A stretch of DNA of 38,597 bases from Lenisia limosa (lineage: Eukaryota; Protista; Breviatea). Within the stretch, counting starts at the first letter, position 1. Each line of letters begins with the position of its first letter. Location of the stretch: the NCBI GenBank assembly GCA_001655205.1, contig LPNZ01009289.1, forward strand, positions 1-38,597, read 5' to 3'. Positions 22,401-33,900 of this stretch are shown in pieces. The position numbers and the translations under genes are program-made. The notes below the pieces were generated by a model. It had not been told where the DNA came from. It did no database searches and saw only the letters and a list, made by a program, of their open reading frames with translations.

Positions 22401-25400
22401 ACGAGTATCATTTTTCAATTGAATAACTCACAGTGACCCATCATCAGCGTTATGTTATTGCTGTTCCTGCAGCATTAAAATTTCTTCTTTGATACTTGCT
22501 TTAATACAAATGACCTTATTCAAAGAGTAATTGTTCTGTTGAATCCCATTCCTTGTCTTCTGACTTCGTAGATATGCGAGCTGCTGCAATAGCATCTGCC
22601 CAATTTTCTGATGCGATGGAGGATTCGCTTGAAGCCAAGGTTGGTTCTGTACAACCACCCTTCATGAAAGACATGTGATAGAATGTCTCCAAGAGTGTCA
22701 TTTGTGAGGTCCAAAAGGGCCCTATTCTGTATAATACAAACTATGCTCATTCAGAGACAGCTGAAAACCTGTCTGACCTCAATGTTTATTTATATATGTA
22801 TGTATATATACTGTATATGTCAAAATAATTGAGACTTTATTGAGAACTATGCTGTGGTGTGTGTGTGTGTGTGTGTGTTGTGCTTTTCTGGTGTATGACG
22901 AATAGGTTGTTTGAATAAAAATGGTATTAAGTATACTCTGATGATACTAGGACTCGCGGTTCACTTCTGCGAAGTTCATGTCAAAGAATGGCAGGGAAAC
23001 AGTTTTTCTGAAACCAAAACAAACGGTCACGCCACACGTCTTGGTGCCACGAACAATGGATGTCAACCTTGAGAAGGTTGGTCAAATACTCATATTTCCG
23101 CCTCCTCAAACTACATCTTATCTTCAACAGAGGAAACTTGGGCTAATTGCCATCTGTGCTGGAAATGCCTCTTTTGGGGAGAGACGTGCTTTGAAACTTC
23201 TCCAAAGACAAGACCCTATCCAAGGTAGCTGGTTTTTGTGAACTTTCATCTCAAAAACGTATGTGTTTGTATACCCAGGATCGTGCTTGTTTTCTTCCAA
23301 GATCTAAAGAGGGGAGCAGGCCTTCATAGTTCTTAGGAAACCTTGTACCCTCAGCCGATGAAGTTAATCAACTGACATTTACACAAACTCAAGGACTTTC
23401 GTAGGCAGTTCTTGTTCTGTTGTAATGACTTTGCCTTCGCATCGTTTTCACTGACATTTCTGATAGGTTTCTTGATTCACAAGCAGCAGCTTTCAGCACC
23501 ATCGCCAAAAACTGTGTCACGGTGAGTTGAACGCGGTGTGATATTTTGAAATAATACATGCTTTTTTGAGGAACAAGAATGTAGGTGGAATTCAGTTGTT
23601 TCATCCAAAACAGTGTATCATCATAATGGAGCAGGGAGCTGCGTATTATTTCTTTATTGCATTAGACTGTCGCTGGCCCACCCGGCACCGGAAAGACACA
23701 TTTCATGGCGCTAACCATCCTGCACCTTGCCCGAGCATTTCACAACAGTCAAAGCGGACGGGCGTTCCGAGTGGGTGCTAATTGATTATTCGTGTACATA
23801 CATATTAATTTGTATTGAATGAGTGTATTAATCTATTATTCCACAGGTTATTGTCACTGCGTTCACACATGCTGCCATTCAAGAGGTGAGACAGGGTCAT
23901 TGAATCGTCTGTACATGTTTCCCTTCGCAATTGATTATGCAATTCTAAGGCATTCGCATTCAACACCTTTTTATTTTATAGGTTCTTTCAAAGGTCGATC
24001 AGCTTGCGCCTGCGTTCCAAGAAGATAACCCTGAATGTGTGTCAAGAATAATAGAATTATAACATATCTGTTCATATCATAGTAATATTATATAATATAT
24101 ACAATGGTGCCTGCAAGAACCAACGATTCATAAGTCGGATTTTGGACTGGTCCTACTTACCATTCTGTTCGGAACTTTTATGTATATATCATATATTTCT
24201 TGTATAATTGTTGTTTTAAATCCCATTCCAATATCTTTGTTACTGTAGGAACTGATTCTCACACCAACACATCAGGCAACACAATTGTCACTCGGCACGT
24301 ACAAGGCGGCAAGGCTGCCCTCAAAGGAAAGCCCACAGACTACGTCGTCATCAATGGGGCTACTGCGTATGGTGTCAAGTCGGTATGTTGAGGTCAAACC
24401 AATCGACTGTTTCATAATCTACTCTGGGTTAAGAGAGAACCTTCGCTAGTATCTCAAGTGTTTTCTGCTCGTTGGGCAGGCGAAATAGGATGAAAGGAAC
24501 CTATTGATTATGTCACTCTGTAGGCCAAGGTCAACGAGGCCGACCTTGTGATCATTGATGAGGCGTCCCAGGTTAGTGGGGGGTTGTGATCATTGATGAG
24601 GCGTCCCAGGTGTGGGGGGTTGTATCAGTATATCCAAAACAAAATGAAGTTGAGAAAGGGTTCAGTATAGCATGGAGATGAGTCCGAAGACAACGTCCAA
24701 ACCAAACTATTACAAATTCATGGTATCAGAATATTCAATCAGAGCATTTCGTATTCATCAAGTGCAACAACTCTTAATTTGAATCACAATTTTTTTTAAT
24801 TCATCCAAAAATCGGCAGGGTTGTTTAACGAATGAGTGTGGAGGGTTGATATTTATCCATTAAATTTTACTTGGAGAACCTGGTGTGAAAAAGTCTTCCG
24901 ACTTGGGTTTCATTCACTCTGGTCTAAAAACGGCCGCTGACATATCGATAGTATTCAGAGAATTTATCGAGAGATTCAGCATTTTTTTGTCATACTACCG
25001 ACACGTCGGCTGTCACGATGTAAAACAGCATTGTACAATGTTCGCGCTCTTTCTATTCTATTCCGAGTATTTTCTTCCAATTACAGTTTAACAACCTCTC
25101 CATCGAACAACCTCACTGCGTAGGTTCCTCAGAGTCATCTTGCACTCATGCTTGCACATATTGCTGAGACTTCCCGCCTTGTCGTCGTTGGCGATTCGGA
25201 ACAGGTCAGTCAACAGTCCTGCGGTGTGTTTGTTTCGTTTGAAATGTTAATATTAAGCATTGAGTTAACGTTTCAGCTTCCCCCCATTCTCAAAGCAACC
25301 TATCCTGAAGCACTCGAGAACACAGTTGCCTCTTCTTTAGCGCTACTCGAGGATAACCCGGGTAGGTCCACGCAGGCAATAACCAGTTCTATCATATTAC

Positions 25401-27462
25401 TGAAGCAATGTTTCTGAGCAGTTTTATAGTGGTATTGGCATTCTTCTAAATCATAGTAGATCTCTTTGTGATTCTTGTTTCTTTGATGGTGTACTTTTAT
25501 TAACACCTGGGAAGAAGTGTAGTATTTCTACATTAATACCCCACTTACATGTAACGTACTAGCTGTCGGCCACACAAAGTTGACGCAGACGTTCCGACTT
25601 GTTAGTGACATTTCTGAGGCTGTGACCCAGTTGTACGACAACGGGCTGGTTTCCATTGCACCACATTCGCCAAACCTCCAAGACTGTGTGATGGGTGAAG
25701 AGATGCCGTTTTTTAATATTATAATTCAAGTATCAACGATGATCCTTATAAGTATCCAATAGCAGCATTATGCTGACTACTTAATCGTCCGTCGCCGTCA
25801 TTACATGCTTATCTCATTTTGTTACACAAAAGCAAAAACACTAGTTTTGACCGCGTAGTTACCCCACGCACGCGGCAGCTGGAGCAATCCGACCTCAGTA
25901 CTGCAAACCAGGTCGAAGTTGTCCGTAGACTGGTGGGCTAGGTTTATCTGTGGTTGTTTCATTAAACTGCAAATATTTGCTTTTGCATTCTCCTGGTTAG
26001 ATGTATTTCATATCCCCCCCCCCCAGGCTGGAGTCCTCTGCAGCCGACAGCCTCGAGGGTTGGCTGCCTTAGTGCTTCAGACGTCAAGAGCCACACACAC
26101 CCATGAGCAGATCGTCTCCCGTGGGATACGCTGCTATTACATACAATCAAATTGAATTGGCTTTATAGCAATGCGCATTTTCAAACAATATTAAAAAAAC
26201 CCATCTGATGTTCCTCATAGGGGGACTTCGTACGACAATCGAGACCATTCGTTTGCTGTTGGCGCTTCTCCTCAACCGTCCGGAATTGGTTGAAGGTGCT
26301 GATGACCAGTGCCGGTTTGAGGATTATGATGTACCAAATGGATAGAAACTTTGGTGGAGAAACATGCTGTTTTGGTCTCCGTTTCACAGAATGAACCTGT
26401 AATATTTCTACATTTAGTCTTTTGATTACTCTTCAGAATTGAAGGTGAAGAGCCCAGTAGGCCTCTCGTCATTGTGTCCACTCCTCAAAGAATCGAAAAG
26501 AACCTACTGAGGCAGTACCTCCCTCATTTGGTGAAGAATAATGAGTATGTTCGTTCCATAGAGTCAGATACATTGTGTTTTTGTTTTGTTTGGCTTCTGT
26601 GCTTTATTTCCCGAAGATTTCTCTTGTATTGTTAAGACTTGTCATGAGATTTTTTAAGATGGATACAAAAGCACAGTTTTTTTAAAACATGCAGAGAGTT
26701 CAAGGAGAGCGGTACCGCATGGGTGCTCATCGATACTGTCAACAAAATGCAGGGCAAGGAGGTATGTCTAAAAAAAATATTCCGCCTTGGGGAGTCAGGT
26801 CATCAGTCGTTTGGACAGTATATTAAACGGTGTTGGCGATAGGCGTTTGAGCTTCACCAAGTAACTCTTTTGTTTTATTGAAAGCGTATCTTTATTCAAC
26901 TCCCCCCCCCCCCCNNNNNNNNNNNNNNNNNNNNNNNNNNNNNNNNNNNNNNNNNNNNNNNNNNNNNNNNNNNNNNNNNNNNNNNNNNNNNNNNNNNNNN
27001 NNNNNNNTCAACAAATGACTTTTTCTACTGTAGTAACAGAGTCAATGTGGCGGCGACAAGGTGGGTATTGATAATTGGAGTATTGAATTTATGGCGTAAC
27101 AGCACAAAATGAACCAATTAGCACAGAGTACTTTTCGGCCCTCGTGATAAAGAAGGGGTGGAATTGAGTATAAAAATACCGTTGTTTCTCAAGAGTATAT
27201 TTCACTGTTATTGTTGTGTTTGCTACCCAGGCATTCACAATCCCAGAGCACGACGGTTGAGTGTGGTCATCACAGCTTCGGAGACCCTCGACCCCCCACC
27301 TGCGGCCATTGCTTCCGAAGACGCCGGCAAGGGCATGGATACGCTCATGGTGGGGGGGGGGTATACTCTGTTTATCATGTTATCATACGTAATAGTATTT
27401 TTCTGGTGACCATTTAGAATCTGGTGTCTCAAGCAAAGATCTACAGCCAATGGTTCAATTGA
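16471..27462 (+). CDS. Fe-S PD-(D/E)XK (Cas4/AddB/Dna2-type) nuclease fused to a UPF1-like SF1B helicase; about 45 exons, about 1,300 aa
   Basis: Hand-spliced, largely phase-consistent model from ATG 16471 to TGA 27460-27462. Nuclease: FSPSSIAFFFTHHC (16471-16599), KGNDFEDRL (exon 16709-16804 joined to the next), VQFDFIK (17223-17305), IIDAKAADHPKAYHRAQ-VAMY (17414-17489 joined to 17690-17818), CYSCEKVDAC (18586-18615). Helicase: DSQ, GPPGTGKT (23675-23698), VIVTAFTHAAI, IIDEASQ (to 24571), VVGDSEQ-LPP (25124-25204 joined to the next), LTQTFR, DTVNKMQGKE (to 26761), NRVNVAATR-AR. One exon segment is hidden in the gap at 26915-27007; exon and length counts are approximate. Confidence 0.92.
17124..17177. 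repeat. 21-23 bp tandem repeat spanning the exon-4 donor of the nuclease-helicase gene
   Basis: GGTTTGGTCCCCCCGGAAAAGTG-GGTTTGGTCCCCGGAAAAGAG-GGTTTTGGTC. Confidence 0.85.
18256..18386. mobile_element. 131-bp hairpin, MITE-like, inside intron 18146-18568
   Basis: Terminal inverted repeat GCTCCGTGCAATTAATT (18256-18272) versus AATTAATTGCACAGAGC (18370-18386), 16/17 match, extending imperfectly to about 40 bp (GAAATTAATTGACAAAATTTGAA versus TTCAAATTCGGCAATTAATTTTTC). No coding capacity and no clear TSD. Confidence 0.5.
20389..20444. repeat. 15-16 bp intronic minisatellite, about 3.5 copies
   Basis: GAAGATAAATCATGG twice, then GACAGATAAAGCATGG and GAAAGTAAAT. Confidence 0.85.
21580..21625. repeat. 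46-bp dispersed direct repeat; second copy at 27961-28006
   Basis: TTTTGGATGTTAATCAGCTTGTTTGTAGACAATGGAATG(C/T)TTCGAC, 45/46 identical. Confidence 0.95.
24546..24615. repeat. 38-bp period tandem duplication of the Walker B (DEASQ) exon end and its donor site
   Basis: TTGTGATCATTGATGAGGCGTCCCAGGT at 24546 and 24584, each followed by a G-run. Confidence 0.95.
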
Positions 27463-27969
27463 CATTATTTGTTATTTATTATGTATTACTATTTTGCCTT
27501 CGTTTACTTTACTTCAGTAGTATTAGTATTAATTATTAACACATTAAGAATATTTTTACAATCAGTGAATATTGAACATTGAACCTTGTTCGAAAATCCA
27601 TCTACTTTTCAGCAAAAATATCAGAATACAATTAGACCCTTGAAAACATATCGACGATATAACACATGAACCTAGAACACCTATACTCCTTTCCACATTT
27701 TTTCACAAAACGACCGGACCGAACCCTTGGCACTATTAATGACAGTGGTGTGTCCTAAAATGTGACTACTGATCTCATTCATTCAAATCCGTCTTCACCC
27801 CCCCCCCCTGACCATAATCAATCATTTATTGATGTGCCAAGGAGTTAAAGTCTCCTGCCACTTCTCCCAGAAAACCTGGTCACGATAAACAAACTTTTTT
27901 GAAATATATTGAAAGACAACGTTTCGATTCTCAGATAAACCATCTCAGGCTCTTTTTTACTTTTGGATG

Positions 27970-30900
27970 TTAATCAGCTTGTTTGTAGACAATGGAATGT
28001 TTCGACGTACGAAGAATTTGGTGACTCTTAGTAAGCATTGCCCACACCTCCTCCAGATCCTCAACCTCCTGAATGGACAATCAACTAACCTTTCATAATG
28101 AATGATAATATAATCATACTTATAATTCCCATGACAAAAAGACAGAGAGTTGTTCACTGCGCTAAGTATTTAGATATACTCATATACTTGCCCCTTCACT
28201 CACCTCGCAATTTGGAGGTCCGGTAATAAGCTGGTATATGACAGCTTCATCTTCAATTTATCCTCAACTGCAAATACCTGATTGAGGTCATGAATTTTTT
28301 AGATAAATTGGGATAATACACCTTCCCCTCCCCCCAGACCCAATGACCAACCAGCAAGCTGCTGACCCCTCCACCCATCATCTTTAGGTAGACATGCATA
28401 TGGATATTGGATAACCACTCCAACACGGTGCTATAACATCACAAACAATTAAAATGGCTTCAACACCAATGTCCGTGGTGTATATATGACAGAATGTGAC
28501 TGCTCCATGCTGCTATTATCTTTTCAGCTTAACTTACATGTTAATCTCTTCGTTTAAGTTCAATACAAGAGCATTTATCAGTGATGTGTGTCGATTCTAT
28601 CATTGTGATTTCAAATCACTTGTAAACCCAACCTCAATGAACTCTGTGACTCGATATGTTGGGTATTTCGGACCAACAGACCAATTTCTTTTGTCAAACA
28701 CCCATAAGTGAGTTTCAAAACTAAGATCCAATCTCTGAAACATCAAAAATGCACATACTTGTGGAAATGTCATTTCAAACGGCTTACATTGAGCCATTTA
28801 ATCAAATCATCCCACTTTATTCCCTTACTTTCAATCCAGGGCTCTTCAAAACAATTGGTACCAGTCTCTCATAATTAAAAAATAATTTGGGGATTATAAT
28901 TCCTGACTAGTTGGTTCCATAGCAATAGTATTAAGTGATATCTTTTTAACTAACCTTGAAGTGTGGTTATGAGGTTTGACATCGTCAAAACTGTTCTTTT
29001 TTAACCAAAGGAAGTCCAATATCGTCAATCAGAGTTCGTATTATGTAGTGACTACCAATGGACTGTGTGGTGAGAGCAGAATTGACAAGATGTTGAAAAC
29101 AGTCAACGTTGTTCCTTGGTTGTATTCCAGTGTCTATGACATCATTAAGCATTCAAAAGATTCAATACAAGCAACAGAAGAAGGAAGAAATAGAACTGTG
29201 AAACTAATAAACGGAATTGTCTTAATCTCAATTGTTATTTGAATATAATAGATAAATAATCGTTATAAACCCGTTCATGTGAATAATTTCACAAAATATT
29301 GAATGACACAATCAATTATAACCACCCACTCAAAATAAGATGTACCCAACATCTTCAATCCAAAGGAATATGGAGCGTCACATCAGGCTGTACACTCTAA
29401 ACCCTCAGACAACATTGAGGTAAAGATTTAGCTCAAATGTAGCAAAAGGGTGTGCAAATAGTAATATTATATTTATCATATTATATATATATATATATAT
29501 ATATCATATACTATTAGAACAGGTGTATGCTAGATGGACAAGGACCCATGCCCACGGTTGGAGTACTAATATTCATATACTTTACTATTACGTATAATAA
29601 TGGTAATTATATTGAATAGCTTATAAAATGACGTGTTTACTTGAGGAACTTGTTCTCAGTATACCTCCAAAGTACGCTTCTCAAGAAGTCAATGTCTTTT
29701 GAAATGTTGAAAGCTATGATGGAACTTCCAATGCTGTTCAGCAGAAGGGCATCTTTCTGATTGTGTGAACCAGATATCATCAATAGACATTCTGACAGCT
29801 GTAAAGAGTAAGCTGACCGTAATATCACTTTCAAATAAATGTTCCACTTTTTTCACCTCATAAAGTAAAACCTGGTCAAGTAAAGTAAGTTACATACACT
29901 GTATAAAGATTTTTAGTGATAGACTTTGATTAATTGACTATTTTCTAATATAGTTATTATACAACTATATTATTCACACAGCTTTGGCAATGAGATGTAC
30001 TCAATAATACAATAATTTATCAAACATTTAAATGCATGTTAGAATAATTAAAGTGTTCGTACTTGATCAACAATACCAGTCAGGTTAGTCCTAATACCCC
30101 ATTACACCATTCAGAAAGTCATCCATTGTCAAAATAATGGGCATTTAATTTACACTTCTCTACTACTATTCCTATCCTTGGGACGGATCACAGCGAGGGC
30201 GAGGGGACCTACGTAACAATTGGCTATTATGACCAAAAGGTGGCTCCTATTGTCTCCTAATTTGAAATTTCTCAAAAAGATTACTTCATCTTGATGAAAG
30301 AAGTAATAAATCACTGATTAGTGACATACAGACGGACTACTACGATTACTAAAGTACATTCTGATGGTTTTTCAAGTTTGGTGAAGTCCAAATGTTAAAT
30401 CATAATGTTCTATGGTAACTTGCTATATTAGGAAAGTTATGATATAACATTTCAGCCATTTTGCTTTTATCCATTGTGGTTTCCACTTGTTTTTGTTTTA
30501 TTTGTTTAATACTTTTCCAGTAATAAGGACATAAGGTCTTACCAAAAAGAGTAAATCACACACCAAACATGTTATTACGCCAAAAGCAGTTATTATGACA
30601 ATAGATATGTGGTGTCGGCCTATGAGCTTCGAAAACTAAAATATGCAATCTTGAGCACATTGGAATGCCGCAGGAGATCCACAACATTTTCACAGGGGTG
30701 AACTATATCGCTGGAGGTTTGGACTCATCCTTTTGCAGATTTATACACAAAGGGTGTAGCATAATAACTGAATAATATTGGTGAATTTATTAGTCTTTGT
30801 GGTAATTTTTGTTGGATGAAGAGCACCATTTAGTACAATTTAAAACCTCTAAATCTGTTCAGAAAACAGAGTATCAGTTGACCAAATTAGGCTGGTCAAA

Positions 30901-33900
30901 ACCTCTGACTATATTCCCGTCATTTTGGGATAATACGGACTCAGTCGACACGTCAGACTTTAGTAACCCTCGTTTTACAACGTGAGAACATGGAACTGCT
31001 GTGACATATGAGGTGACATTTGCTACACTTATAGTTATGTATGTGTAGCGGATAACGACATTTTTGCCTGTGCTTATGTTGTCTATTCATTAATCAACTT
31101 TAGTAACCATGATTTTAGAAACCCAACAACTGCTCCGGTTTGCTCAAACATTTCTTATCATATATTACGCACTTGATAATGCAAAATCATGAAATTGCAT
31201 GTCATAAATATGATAATAGTCAGCATCAGCATCTCATTGTTTTATATTCCTTTTCAGAATAGCGGTTCTTCAAAACAGAGAATTGTGCTGGAATTGAACA
31301 GCATTATCATTTTATTGTGAGAATACTCTATTTTAACTCTTTAGAACTGTAATGCTACTGGCTATTGCATCCGTATCCTTGATTGTAATTCATTTTCAGC
31401 TAATTAAAGTAAAAGCCAATCTAGATAGTAACTGCGATGATTTGCTGCTTCAAAACGTTGATAAGGTGGGATTTTCATCACCAACAATTTAAGGTTCTTC
31501 AAAATGATAGAGATTCAGTTACACATATTATTCAAAAGGGAATCAAAGTTTGCTCATCGCACAATGAGCTATTAACTTGTAGAAAATTTCGTTTCATCTT
31601 GAAAACCTTGGAAACTCTCTAATCACTGCCAACTTTCCTCTTGATTTGGAGGTTGTGCGCTCAATTATGTGGAGGTAGGATCAATATGGGATACACCTCA
31701 ATTACCAGAGAACACGTTCACAATCCGTTCAACTCTCTTTTTACATGGGTGGAACCTATCGGATATGTATACTACAAAGTAAGTGCTACGAAATTCACTT
31801 TGAGTCGTATTAGAACAGATAATGATAATTTATTTAGCAAACATCTGAAGGAACTAATTTATTTGTGTTTTTTGTCCACCCTGACTCACATTACAACTGT
31901 TCATTTTGTCCTCTAGATTTTGAGGTTTGCCCATATCTTCCATCACGTCTAACATTTAGATTGTACATAACCATGGATTTTCTTCCTTTGTTGATTCTCT
32001 TGGAATTCCCTATCGAGACTTTGGAATTCTTGAAGATGAAAGTTATAACCACTCAATTCGGTATGTACGTTTTATTTGAAATGGATCATGTTTGTATCCT
32101 GTCCTTATTGATAACGATTATGTACTGTATACTATGTTTATATATGCAAATCATATGCGCTTTATGGTAATTATGGTTACTTTAAACTTATCTAATCGCT
32201 TATCACACAGCCCATGGTACACATACGCAGCAAACAATCCGGGTAAAAAGGTAATCGTAATTGAATAACTCACATTATTTCATATCAGCACAACACCAGA
32301 CTTATTTAAAGAGATAAAATACATATCAAAAGTCCACATGTAAGTTCAATCACACCGTCGAATTCTTGAAATTGTCAAGAACATATGATATTTAAAACAG
32401 TATCATAAAATTGTTCATTGAACTATTGTTTGTTAATAATCGTGAAGCGGACTTCTGACATGCGGTTTTCTAGCTCCCTATTACCATTCTTAGACCTGGA
32501 CACCCCTATATGCGTATTTCGACTCGGCGCTGACAATGGGTGTTGACCTTCTTTTAAGCATTCATGTAGGAAACTGTTCACAGAATTGGATCTAATGATA
32601 AGAAAGAGAAGAGCATTATCAAAGTCTTGCATTACACCCAATCAATGAATGCAATTGTTAAATGTGTAGAACAATGACACCCTATGGTCCGCCCAGCCGA
32701 ATAGACTCTGGAGTACAGCGCATGATGGGTCATCTGGTGGGCAGTACATGGCTATCGTTAAATATTTAAATTGACAATACACATCAAAGCCATTGTCGCT
32801 TATTCAGTAGGACATGGTGAATTGACATACATCGTTTCGGGTTCGATCGAGTCGCTTGATTTGATCAATTGGTTTAATGTATGAGGGATATCTTGGCTAA
32901 TATCACATGTTTGAATATGCGAACATAGGATAAAGGGTAATTGAATTCACAATATATGTAATATCAAAAACCGGTGCTTTTTGCAGAAATCGGTGCTTTT
33001 TTGGAGTATCGNNNNNNNNNNNNNNNNNNNNNNNNNNNNNNNNNNNNNNNNNNNNNNNNNNNNNNNNNNNNNNNNNNNNNNNNNNNNNNNNNNNNNNNNN
33101 NNNNNNNNNNNNNNNNNNNNNNNNNNNNNNNNNNNNNNNNNNNNNNNNNNNNNNNNNNNNNNNNNNNNNNNNNNNNNNNNNNNNNNNNNNNNNNNNNNNN
33201 NNNNNNNNNNNNNNNNNNNNNNNNNNNNNCTGTGTTTCTTAAGTACACTCAAAAGACAGAAAACTTAACATTTGTGGAAGTAAGGGGGAAGGTGACTATT
33301 TGTTAACACTAGTTAATGGAGTATCAGTCTACTTAGAAGAAAAGCCAGCTTTGACTTTATAGAAGGAACACACCGACATAGTTTGGTTGCTGCTTACTGA
33401 AAATCTGGAGAAGTTAGCCAAGTAAGTGGGAATTGGAATCTTGGTTACGGAAGTATTTATGATATGTTCTATTTGAACCAGCTTGTATTATCAGTTCAGT
33501 ATTTTATGTTGTATATGACAATTAAGGATTGATGGCGATCCTCTTTCAGTTTTCTACACCACTGACTCAAACTACAAGGCCATTCTGACGGTCAGGATGC
33601 CCATTTTACCACTGATATTTAGATGTTTGAAATCAAGGGAATTTCAGGTCTTCCTCTGACAGTTCTACTTTCCCGCCGGCAAGATAGGTTTACAGAAATC
33701 AATGAAGAGCCTACACAGACGTCTTACTTCCTTGTGTTGGCTATGTCCAAACTTACTGTTCAGCAATTCCATAATTGCAATGGTTATTGTTGTGTCTCTT
33801 CTCTGTATTCGTACATTGGTGATAATTATACCTCGACCAATTAGGCGTATTAAGTATAGGTGGGTGTGTAAACCAGTATTGTAACAATACAGAATTCAAG

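Noticed and set aside
22455-22750. Minus-strand ORFs nested in the helicase gene
   Set aside because: They are antisense shadows of + strand exons (DMRAAAIASAQFSDAMEDSLEAK, NVSKSVICE) that fit the helicase model.
22855-29503. (TG)n at about 22855-22878 and (AT)n at about 29480-29503
   Set aside because: Ordinary intronic microsatellites.
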